The notes below the pieces were generated by a model. The model was given only the letters and a program-made list of their open reading frames with translations, was not told where the DNA came from and searched no databases. 32,000 nucleotides of DNA from Pyrobaculum calidifontis JCM 11548 (GTDB taxonomy: Archaea; Thermoproteota; Thermoprotei; Thermoproteales; Thermoproteaceae), in assembly GCF_000015805.1 (NCBI RefSeq), contig NC_009073.1, forward strand, positions 600,001-632,000. Reading direction: 5' to 3'. Made by a program: the position numbers and the translations under genes. Below, in pieces: positions 6,240-13,940 of the stretch. Numbering within the stretch: position 1 is the stretch's first letter; the number at the start of each line of letters is the position of its first letter.

Positions 6240-8600
6240 GTGAAGCTGCACGTGTGGCTCACCGTTGCCTCGGTAGTGCTCGGCGTGTTGCAGGTAGGTG
6301 CGCAGTACGTATGCGCCACTGCGGGCGAGCTTGGCGTTGCTGGGCGTAGCCCGCTGGTGCAGTTCATGGTGTGGGACGGCGGCTGGAAGCCCGTGGAGGC
6401 CTACGTGGAGGGCGTAGATGCCCTCTTTGTGCCAGCCCCCCTTGCCCGCGGCAACGAGGCGGCGATTTCGCTGGTCGCACAGAGGGGCGTCCTGCCCCCC
6501 GGCGTCTTGAAAAACGAGACCTTGATATGCTTCAAGCCGGGCAGTGGAATTCCCAAGTTGCCCCGGGACACGCCCCGTGGACTACTCGTCGTGTACAAGG
6601 CGGGGGGCGCGGAAGGCCACGTGCTAATCGTCGACGTAGCCGACGTAGACAGGCCAGCACAGCCGCTGGCTGCCGCCGCACTTCCCAAGAACTTCACCAA
6701 GGTCCAGGTGGTGGAGAGACAGTGGGTTGGGAGCCCCGCGGGCCGCGCCGTGGAGCTAGCCCAGGTGGGCGCCTTGCCCTCTCCCATCTCCTACGCGGCC
6801 TCGTTCAGCCTAAGAAGCTTCTTCGGCGCGCAACTGTCGCCCGGCGAATTGAGGTGTAGCTACTTTGACGTCCCCAGCGAGACCAGCTACGTGGCAGTCT
6901 ACTTTAGGCCGGGGACGGACCCAGGCACCTACTACTACGAGGTTAAGAGAAACGGGACACTGGCGTCAAGCGGAGTTATCTCCTACACTGGCGGCCCGTT
7001 TGGGACAGCTCTGTGGGCCAGCGAAACCGGCGGCAGAGCCACCTACCAGCTCTGCATCCAGAACAAAGACAACGTCACGCGGTCCGTCTCGGCGACGGTA
7101 TACCTCTACGTGAGAAACCAGCTAAACATCATCAGAGACGACGCGTATTATACCAACGTCATAGATGTCGACATGTCCACGTCTCAGCGGAGGAACTACC
7201 GCATGTCTAATACGTATTTGTACTTCCCCGGCTACGTGGACATAGACGCGGCGAGCGTCATACAGATCTACGTCTCAGCCCTCTTGAACCCAGAGGCTGT
7301 GCGCAAGGACTCCCAGGGCAGGTACTACATCGACGTGTACTGGGGACAGCTCTATATGGGCAGGCTGTATGGCATATCCACCGCCAGCGGCGTCAAGTTC
7401 GATGGAGTTTTAACAGTCCCAGCGTTCCTACACTGGATAATTACAAACACGCGGGGGTACGGCGGCACGATATCGATAGGCCCCTTCAACTACCCAGCCT
7501 ACCCAGTTAAGGGCAGTGCACGAGTAGATGTCTTTGTGGAGAGGCCCGTGGAGCTGGCCAACGCCAGCTCTGCCGTGTTGATCCATTATGCGACTGTAAG
7601 GCTCAGAGCTGACGCATCCTATCACGATGTAATGCCGTGGTCCAGCGGCTTCAAAGGCGTCTCTTTTAAGACTAGAGTGGAATTTGTATTCAGCGGCTCA
7701 GCTGGTCATAAACTTGTAGTATCAATAAATCCATACAAGTGGAATAATGTTGAAAATGATATAAGGTATAGAAGAATTACTATTAATATAACAGGTATAG
7801 ATTATTATGGTAACCCTGTGAAGTTTAGCGCTGGCGGCCAGTTCGACTTAAATGCTCAAAGTACCACAGGCCAGTTGGCGAGGCTGATTGAGTGGGCATC
7901 CATAATTCTGCAAGGTCTCGATCTAGGAAAGGCCGTCGTAGATTATCTTGCAAAGGCTCCCTCGTCGTTTCCCACCGTCTCCTTCATAACTATTGCACTA
8001 GACGCCTATGTCAATGCCATACAAGAAAAAGGCACTGTGCAGATTTCGCCAGATGGCACTATTATGAAGATCGGCGTATATACAGGGTATTTGTTCAACA
8101 TTCCACTTTACCTACTGTTTTTCTTGCGTTTTCCCGTGCCCGATCTGCTTCCGCCGTCTGTGATTTCATGGTTTTCTGCCTACTACTTGGCGCACGGCCG
8201 CCGCATTTTTCCGCCGGCCCTCTACCTTGCGGCGTTTGCCTCCTCTCTCTTAGATTCGTTGTATTTTGGCCCCCGCGTTGGATCGCTGGCCTCGCCTGTG
8301 GTGTTGCTGGCGGCGCTGGCTTTGGCCGTGCTTTACGCGGCTACTTTTGCGAGGGGCTTTGGGCAGAGGGTGGCCTCTGTGGTGCTCCTCGTATTAGCCG
8401 TGGCGGTGGGCCACGTCCTCGTGGTGGCGGCGGCTGTGGCGTGGCGAGCCCTGGCGCCTCCGCTGGGCTTTCTGCCCCTGCCCGAGCCCCTGGACCTCCC
8501 CCTCTATCTGTTGGCCTTCGCGGTGTTCTACCTCGTCCATTATAAAGGCCTGGGTTACCTACACAGGTGGTGTGAAAGCCGCAGGGTGAGAGGCGCCTAG
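6240..8600 (+). CDS. Large orphan membrane glycoprotein: N-terminal signal/anchor, ~600-aa extracellular region, C-terminal polytopic membrane domain
   Basis: GTG start. The N-terminus is hydrophobic (LHVWLTVASVVLGVLQVGA). There are many N-x-S/T sequons (NET, NFT, NGT, NVT, NAS, NIT). The last ~200 aa contain several hydrophobic helices (e.g. LASPVVLLAALALAVLYAATF, VASVVLLVLAVAVGHVLVVAAAVAW, LPLYLLAFAVFYLV). I recognise no family. Confidence 0.7.
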   Translation: MKLHVWLTVASVVLGVLQVGAQYVCATAGELGVAGRSPLVQFMVWDGGWKPVEAYVEGVDALFVPAPLARGNEAAISLVAQRGVLPPGVLKNETLICFKPGSGIPKLPRDTPRGLLVVYKAGGAEGHVLIVDVADVDRPAQPLAAAALPKNFTKVQVVERQWVGSPAGRAVELAQVGALPSPISYAASFSLRSFFGAQLSPGELRCSYFDVPSETSYVAVYFRPGTDPGTYYYEVKRNGTLASSGVISYTGGPFGTALWASETGGRATYQLCIQNKDNVTRSVSATVYLYVRNQLNIIRDDAYYTNVIDVDMSTSQRRNYRMSNTYLYFPGYVDIDAASVIQIYVSALLNPEAVRKDSQGRYYIDVYWGQLYMGRLYGISTASGVKFDGVLTVPAFLHWIITNTRGYGGTISIGPFNYPAYPVKGSARVDVFVERPVELANASSAVLIHYATVRLRADASYHDVMPWSSGFKGVSFKTRVEFVFSGSAGHKLVVSINPYKWNNVENDIRYRRITINITGIDYYGNPVKFSAGGQFDLNAQSTTGQLARLIEWASIILQGLDLGKAVVDYLAKAPSSFPTVSFITIALDAYVNAIQEKGTVQISPDGTIMKIGVYTGYLFNIPLYLLFFLRFPVPDLLPPSVISWFSAYYLAHGRRIFPPALYLAAFASSLLDSLYFGPRVGSLASPVVLLAALALAVLYAATFARGFGQRVASVVLLVLAVAVGHVLVVAAAVAWRALAPPLGFLPLPEPLDLPLYLLAFAVFYLVHYKGLGYLHRWCESRRVRGA

Positions 8601-8974
8601 GCGCACAGCGCTGGCCGCCTAAGACGGCGCCAGAGGAGGTCGCCATCTGCCGACATGTGCTACGTCTCTAGCCCAGCACGGCTGGGGCTTCTGCCCCGCC
8701 TACACGACACGTTGATTGAAAAACTGTATCGACGCAACGCCGCCGATCCGCCGACGCGTTTGCCTAAGCGTCTCAATTCCTTTACTTTAGTCACAAACTA
8801 GTGGGCTCTTGGACTGTGTCTAAGAACTGCGTCTCTGGTTGTCGATAGCGCTTCTTAGAGAGCCGCTGTTCATGGACGTGTCTGGCTAATGCGAGGTGCT
8901 TCTAGCCGCCCTGGCGTGTGGCCGATTCCAAGCCCCTCGGGGAGATAAAATATTTACCCCTCTCCTTCTCCTCC

Positions 8975-9109
8975 ATGGCTCGCACCAAGGCGGAGAGACT
9001 GCGCGACGCCATTGAGATGCTTGAGACGGCTGTGGAGGAGAGGGATTGTAGCCTCGTGGAGGATGCGCTAGAGGAGCTACGCGCGTTGCTTGAGGAGCTG
9101 GAGGAGTGA
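8975..9109 (+). CDS. Small acidic helical protein (44 aa), translationally coupled to the dipeptidase
   Basis: ATG 8975 lies 22-28 nt downstream of the TATA-like ataaaatattta (8945-8956). The sequence is MARTKAERLRDAIEMLETAVEERDCSLVEDALEELRALLEELEE. Its stop overlaps the next start (GTGATG). The track ORF start at 8918 precedes the TATA box. Confidence 0.45.
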   Translation: MARTKAERLRDAIEMLETAVEERDCSLVEDALEELRALLEELEE

Positions 9110-10029
9110 TGCTCGTCGACTTGCACGAGGATATTGCACACTATTTTCTCACCTCTCTCAACCCCCCTCCGTTTCACGAGGACGCGGAGGGAAGGCAGAG
9201 CGACTTGCCTAAGCTGAGGAGGGCGGGCGCCGATGTGGTAGTCGCCGCGGTGTTCCCCTTTGTCCACGTCTACGATAGGTGGGCCGCCGCGTCTCAAGTG
9301 GCGCTGGAGGGGGTGAAGGTGTACTACTCCCTCGCCGAGAGATACGGCGTGAGGATAGTGGAGCGCGCAAGCGACCTCTGGGCCCCCGCGCTTAAGTTCA
9401 TGCTGGCGCTGGAGGGCGCAGACGTGTTAAACGACGTTGGCGACCTCAAGCTGTTTTATAGGCTGGGCATACGCGTCTTGGGGATTACGTGGAATTTAGA
9501 CAACAAGTGGGGCCACTCTTGCTACGCCAAGCGTGACGGAGGCTTGACCGCCAGCGGCGAGGAGCTCGTCGCCGAGGCCGAGAGGCTGGGAGTGGTCATA
9601 GACCTCGCCCATGCCAGCCGCCGCACGGCTTTAGACGTCTTGGCCATGGCCAAGAGGCCTGTGATAATAAGCCACGCCAACGTAAAAGCCGTCCACGACC
9701 ACCCGCGCAACGTCGACGACGAGGTGTTAAAGGCCTTGGCGGACAACGGCGGGGTAATAGGCCTCACACTGATCCCCTCCACTATCTCCCCCTCCCCCTC
9801 TCTCAACCACTTGGTAAAGCACTTCAAGTACGTGAGGGAGAAGTTTGGGGTGGAGGTACTCGCCGTGGGGACAGACTTCCTTGGCATTTCCTCGGCGCCT
9901 CCTGGGCTGGAGACTGTGGACAAGGTAGCTGTTTTGGCCAAGGCGCTTGTGGAGGTCGGCTTTTCCAAAGAGGAGGTAGAGGCCGTGTTTTGGAGAAACG
10001 CGCTACAAGTCTTTAAGAGGGCCTTATAA
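9109..10029 (+). CDS. Membrane (renal-type) dipeptidase, peptidase family M19
   Basis: The N-terminal LVDLHEDIAHY matches the M19 metal-binding DxHxD motif. The sequence has a TIM-barrel-like pattern with LGITWN, VIDLAHAS, PVIISHANV and GTDF. The start could be ATG 9109 or GTG 9106. Confidence 0.75.
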   Translation: MLVDLHEDIAHYFLTSLNPPPFHEDAEGRQSDLPKLRRAGADVVVAAVFPFVHVYDRWAAASQVALEGVKVYYSLAERYGVRIVERASDLWAPALKFMLALEGADVLNDVGDLKLFYRLGIRVLGITWNLDNKWGHSCYAKRDGGLTASGEELVAEAERLGVVIDLAHASRRTALDVLAMAKRPVIISHANVKAVHDHPRNVDDEVLKALADNGGVIGLTLIPSTISPSPSLNHLVKHFKYVREKFGVEVLAVGTDFLGISSAPPGLETVDKVAVLAKALVEVGFSKEEVEAVFWRNALQVFKRAL

Positions 10030-10056
10030 CTTATAAGGTTGAAACGGCTTTGGTGC

Positions 10057-10455
10057 ATGGGTCTCGGCGATGTGCTCTTGGTCCTCCACGTTTTAGGCAT
10101 CGTCGGGTGGGCGGGCCTCACCACGGGGGCATATTTCGTGCTGAGGGAGTGGCGCCCCCGCGAAGTGCCTAAGTCCTATCAAAGGCTTGTCCACCTAGAG
10201 GCCGCGGCGGGCGCCTTGGTCTTCGCCACGGGGGTGGCCATGGCGGTGTACCTCTACGGCTTCCCCAAGTCCCCCCTGTGGATACACTGGGCTCTGGGGA
10301 TCGCGATAGTGGTGGGCCTGCTGGAGGTCTTCCACGTCTATGCCGTCCGTCGGTGGCCTCTTGAGCGATATGTGAGACTTGCGAACCGCCTAGTGCCCGT
10401 GTGGGCGGCTGTCTTAGTTTTAATGCTCTGGCTGATGGTGGCTAAGCCGTTTTAG
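10057..10455 (+). CDS. Small integral membrane protein (about 4 TM), unknown function
   Basis: ATG 10057 lies 25-30 nt downstream of a palindromic TATA element, ccttataacttataagg (10022-10038). There are four hydrophobic segments. The track start TTG 10039 lies inside the TATA element. Confidence 0.6.
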   Translation: MGLGDVLLVLHVLGIVGWAGLTTGAYFVLREWRPREVPKSYQRLVHLEAAAGALVFATGVAMAVYLYGFPKSPLWIHWALGIAIVVGLLEVFHVYAVRRWPLERYVRLANRLVPVWAAVLVLMLWLMVAKPF

Positions 10456-11453
10456 CCCCGCGCCACCTTTGCCCTGGCCTTTTTCAAGGCCAGTTCTACC
10501 TCCTCCGCGGAGGCCCCCAGCCAGTTGGCCTCCCTCAGCGCCTCGGGGGAAATTTCAATTGTGCCGTCTGGCCCCCTCTGCCCCCTCTTCTGTATCTCCC
10601 ACATAAGCCTGTACACCCTGTCCCGCTTCGCCTGCACGGCTAGAATGGCCTCCTCGAGGGACTGCCCCGCGAGGGTTCTCAGCACTATTTCTGCAACTTT
10701 GTTAATCCGGTCGGGCACCCCCACGGTGGACCCCCTGAGCTCTATGCGGCACCTCTTCTCTACGCCTATGAGCTCCGCCAGCCGCCTTGTGCCAGACTTC
10801 ACCACGTGTTCCTTGTCCACAATGCCGCCGATGATGAACTCTACATGGCTCCGGGCGACCTCCTCTGTGAATAGGCAGGGGCCCTCGGGGTCTAAAACCA
10901 CAGGCGACTGGAGAGGCGGCATGTCTTCCACAATGCGCATCTTGTGAACCATGCCCCTCGCGTGTAGCTCCAATAGCCTCACAAACTCCGCCGGGGCGTG
11001 GGTAATCCACAGATTGCCATCCCAGAGCACCCCCCTCACCACCCCCAGCGTTGCCAAGATCTGTTCCACAAGCTCGTGTTTTTCGCCAGGCGTGTGTTCG
11101 TCCCACAGAGAGAGGTCTATCACTATGCGCGGCGCCTCTGGCAGAGACACATCCACGTTGATCGGCTCGGCGCACTGCTTGGCAAGAGTCCACGGACACT
11201 CGGCGCCGCCGCCCGCGCGGAGAAGCTCCACGCCGCTCCACACCCCAAGGGGGGAGCCCCTGCACGGCGACTTGCACACGTGGTACTTCCCAATGGCCAC
11301 CCCCACTGCCACGCACTGCGCCAGCTCCCCCCTACACTTAAAGTGGCGTGGGATACAGAGGCAGGAAACGCCCTGTGAGGCCAGTGCGTCGAAGAAAATA
11401 CGCCAGAGGGGAGTCAAGTGGGGGTCGCGGGGGGAATCCGCGGCTAGACCCAC
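10452..11453 (-). CDS. trm10: Trm10-like SPOUT tRNA (m1R9) methyltransferase with a Cys-rich N-terminal extension
   Basis: IVIDLSLWDEHTPGEKHELVEQI and LRGSTVGVPDRINKVAEIVLRTLAG match what I remember of archaeal Trm10 (IIDLYHWDKHTQKEK ... VGVPDRINRILGIIL in the Thermococcus enzyme). IIGGIVDKE is also present. The start is set to GTG 11453 because the track start at 11573 overlaps the upstream metE-like gene by 130 nt, and there is no in-frame ATG before residue ~190. Confidence 0.7.
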   Translation of the reverse strand: MGLAADSPRDPHLTPLWRIFFDALASQGVSCLCIPRHFKCRGELAQCVAVGVAIGKYHVCKSPCRGSPLGVWSGVELLRAGGGAECPWTLAKQCAEPINVDVSLPEAPRIVIDLSLWDEHTPGEKHELVEQILATLGVVRGVLWDGNLWITHAPAEFVRLLELHARGMVHKMRIVEDMPPLQSPVVLDPEGPCLFTEEVARSHVEFIIGGIVDKEHVVKSGTRRLAELIGVEKRCRIELRGSTVGVPDRINKVAEIVLRTLAGQSLEEAILAVQAKRDRVYRLMWEIQKRGQRGPDGTIEISPEALREANWLGASAEEVELALKKARAKVARG

Positions 11454-12598
11454 CAGTACTTTTCCCTCAGCGCCTTGGCGGCCTTTACCATTACTTTGAG
11501 CTTCTCCAGCGCCACTGCCCTTGGGAAGGCCCTGTACATGCCTGGGGCGAAGCCACAGTCCGGATTTAGCCAAATCCGCGTGGGGTCTACGTACTTCGCG
11601 ACTCTCTCCACGTGGGCCACGACCTCTTCCACTGTTTCAACTCTCTTGGGGTCTCTCACGTCTATCGAGCCTAGACCTATCTCTTTGTCGCTTGGCAGTA
11701 TCTTGGCGAATTCCTCGGGGTTGCCCATCCTCGGGTGCTTGTACTCAACGACGTATTGCCGCACCTTAATGTCGAAGATCTGCGGCGCCAGCCTCTCATA
11801 GCCCACCACTGGGGAGTCCTCAGTGGGCCACCTGTCGAGGTGCATCCCCAGCCTCACCGACGTGCCGTAGCCCTGCACCACCTCGTTTACCAAGTCAACG
11901 GCGAGCTGGATCTCGTCTCTGAGGCCTCTGTACCGCTGTCCATAGAGCTCGGAGGCCACTTGCTTGTACCTATCCGGCTTGTCGGGCTCCGCCTCTATTA
12001 AGTCCCCCAACATTGGCTCGTCCAGCTGTATAAACGCCACGCCTTTGTCGATGAGGCGCGCGATCTCTCTCCGAAGCACCTTGGCGTAGGCCTCTGCGGC
12101 GTCTTCGGGCCGCGGGTAGTAAGGCGCAGAGATCTTGTGGTGCCAAGCCTCCCACATTATCAAGTAGGGGGACGGGAGGGTGACCTTGAGAGGCCTCGTG
12201 GCGACCTTCTTGGCGTACTCCACCTCGTCCACGGCTATGATGCTGTCCTCTATGTACCCCGCGATCACGGGTCTCCACAGGGTGAGAGGCGCCTTGTACT
12301 TCTTCATTATCTCCTTTGCGTTTGGATGTAGCTCCTCCACGCGGACGATCTTAAACCCCCTGAGCTTCTGTCCCACAAAGGCTACGAAGGAGGTCCTCCT
12401 CTGCTCCCCGTCGGTTATCACGTCTAGCCCAGCCTCCTCCTGGTCTCTAATGGCGAGCTTCACGGCGTCGTCTAGGTACTGGGAGAAGGTCTGCTGGTCT
12501 AACTGCCCCTTTTCAAATTTTTCAAACGCCTCGATTAGCCAGCTGGGCCTCGGCCACGACCCCACTACCGACGTTATAAACGCCCGTGGCAGAGACAT
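11444..12598 (-). CDS. Cobalamin-independent methionine synthase-like protein (MetE catalytic-domain family)
   Basis: The sequence MSLPRAFITSVVGSWPRPSWL ... DQEEAGLDVITDGEQRR ... IQLDEP ... NPDCGF is typical of the short archaeal MetE/Meth_synt_2 family. ATG 12598 lies 20-27 nt from the tttaaaaa box (12618-12625). The track start at 12679 is upstream of that box. Confidence 0.8.
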   Translation of the reverse strand: MSLPRAFITSVVGSWPRPSWLIEAFEKFEKGQLDQQTFSQYLDDAVKLAIRDQEEAGLDVITDGEQRRTSFVAFVGQKLRGFKIVRVEELHPNAKEIMKKYKAPLTLWRPVIAGYIEDSIIAVDEVEYAKKVATRPLKVTLPSPYLIMWEAWHHKISAPYYPRPEDAAEAYAKVLRREIARLIDKGVAFIQLDEPMLGDLIEAEPDKPDRYKQVASELYGQRYRGLRDEIQLAVDLVNEVVQGYGTSVRLGMHLDRWPTEDSPVVGYERLAPQIFDIKVRQYVVEYKHPRMGNPEEFAKILPSDKEIGLGSIDVRDPKRVETVEEVVAHVERVAKYVDPTRIWLNPDCGFAPGMYRAFPRAVALEKLKVMVKAAKALREKYWWV

Positions 12599-12709
12599 AG
12601 GGGCAAGTAAACCCCCCTTTAAAAACTCTACACGGCCTTCGCGCTCGCCCCCCGGCCGATTAGCCCACAGTCGTATCAATGTTAATATAGGGGAGATGAA
12701 GTAGCGTCT

Positions 12710-13918
12710 ATGTCTGTGGGTGGGAAAAGATTAGAAAACGTGTACCTAGTGGCATTTGCAAGAACGGCTTTTACAAGGTTCTCGCGGAAGGAGCCTCAGA
12801 AAGACGACTTCTGGGACCTAAGGCCGGAGGAGATAGCCGCAGTCCCTGTCAGGGCAATCCTCGAGAGGACTGGCGTAAAGCCCGAGGCGGTGGAGGACCT
12901 GCTTACCGGCACCGCGCTTCCGGTGGGCGAGCAGTGGCTCTACGGCGGCCGCCACGTCGTCTTTGCCGCAAAACTTCCCTACACAATACCTGCGGCCCAT
13001 ATAGATCGACAGTGCGCGAGTTCCATAACCACGGTGGCCATGGGCGCCATGGAGGTGGCCTCAGGCATGGCCGACGTGGTTATCGCCGGCGGAGTAGAGA
13101 AGATGTCTAAGACCCCCATGTATGAGAATCCCCACATCGAGATAAACCCCAAGTTTCTCACCGACGAGGAGTATGTCCACTTGTACAACCTCCACATTGG
13201 ATACGTCATGGGCCTGACCGCGGAGAGGCTCGCCGAGGTGTCTGGCATTAAGCGCGAGGAAATGGATGCCTGGTCTCTAAGGAGCCACAAGAGGGCTGCA
13301 GAGGCCTACGAAAAGGGGTACTTCAAGGAGGAGATAGTGCCAGTGGCCGTGGAGAAAGAGGGGCAGAAAAAGGTGGTTGACAGAGACCAGGCTGTTAGGC
13401 CGGACACCACTCTAGAGGCCTTGGCCAAGCTGCCGCCTGCCTTTAAGCCAGACGGCGTAATAACCGCCGGCAACTCCTCGCCGCTTAACTCGGGGGCGGC
13501 CTACGTAATGTTAGCCTCAGGCGAGGCTGTTAAGAAGTACGGCCTCCAACCCTTGGCAAAGGTGAGAGCAGTGGCCTTTGCCGGCGTTCCCCCAGAGGTT
13601 ATGGGCATGGGCCCCGTCCCCGCGTCTAGGAAGGCCCTTGAAAAGGCAGGCCTCACGGTGAAGCAGATAGGCAGGTGGGAGATCAATGAGGCCTTTGCCG
13701 TGGTGACTCTCTACGCGATAAAGGAGCTGGGCATAGACCCGGAGCTTGTGAACACAAGGGGCGGCGCCATCGCCATCGGCCACCCGCTGGGGGCAACTGG
13801 CGCAAGGATAATAGGGACGCTCGCGAGGCAGCTACAGCTCGACGGCGTGGACTACGGAGTGGCGACCCTCTGCGTAGGCGGAGGCCAAGGCGCCGCCGTT
13901 GTGCTAGAAAGAGTTTAA
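12710..13918 (+). CDS. Acetyl-CoA C-acetyltransferase (thiolase)
   Basis: Thiolase motifs are present: active-site Cys context DRQCASSITTV, NEAFA, GHPLGATGARI, CVGGGQGAAVVLE. The TATA-like ttaatata (12682-12689) lies 28 nt upstream of the ATG. Confidence 0.9.
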   Translation: MSVGGKRLENVYLVAFARTAFTRFSRKEPQKDDFWDLRPEEIAAVPVRAILERTGVKPEAVEDLLTGTALPVGEQWLYGGRHVVFAAKLPYTIPAAHIDRQCASSITTVAMGAMEVASGMADVVIAGGVEKMSKTPMYENPHIEINPKFLTDEEYVHLYNLHIGYVMGLTAERLAEVSGIKREEMDAWSLRSHKRAAEAYEKGYFKEEIVPVAVEKEGQKKVVDRDQAVRPDTTLEALAKLPPAFKPDGVITAGNSSPLNSGAAYVMLASGEAVKKYGLQPLAKVRAVAFAGVPPEVMGMGPVPASRKALEKAGLTVKQIGRWEINEAFAVVTLYAIKELGIDPELVNTRGGAIAIGHPLGATGARIIGTLARQLQLDGVDYGVATLCVGGGQGAAVVLERV

Positions 13919-13940
13919 AAACAACTTATTTCCTCCTCAT

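Noticed and set aside
6371-8646. Arg/Gly/Pro-rich ORFs inside or antisense to the 6240..8600 gene (6371..6859+, 6401..6787-, 6865..7113+, 7892..8545+, 8341..8646-).
   Set aside because: They are alternative-frame shadows of a long GC-rich CDS. Their compositions (RRR, GGG and PPP runs) are not protein-like, and they have no promoters.
8640-8940. A ~300-nt gap between the membrane glycoprotein gene and the small acidic ORF, inspected for ncRNA or repeats.
   Set aside because: I found no box motifs, no convincing stem-loops and no repeats. It could hold a terminator or promoter region, but nothing is supportable from sequence alone.
10831-10837. Isolated C-box-like ATGATGA/GTGATGA hits (10831-10837, 21906-21912, 28040-28046).
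   Set aside because: None has a CTGA D box at a compatible distance or a flanking stem. All are inside CDSs or at a promoter.
9522-12704. Long antisense or off-frame ORFs over the dipeptidase, trm10-like and metE-like genes (9522..10124-, 10525..10947+, 10702..11316-, 10951..11499+, 10998..11378+, 11475..11801+, 12180..12704+).
   Set aside because: Each overlaps a gene with clear family motifs on the other strand or frame, and the sequences are low-complexity S/T/R/P-rich.
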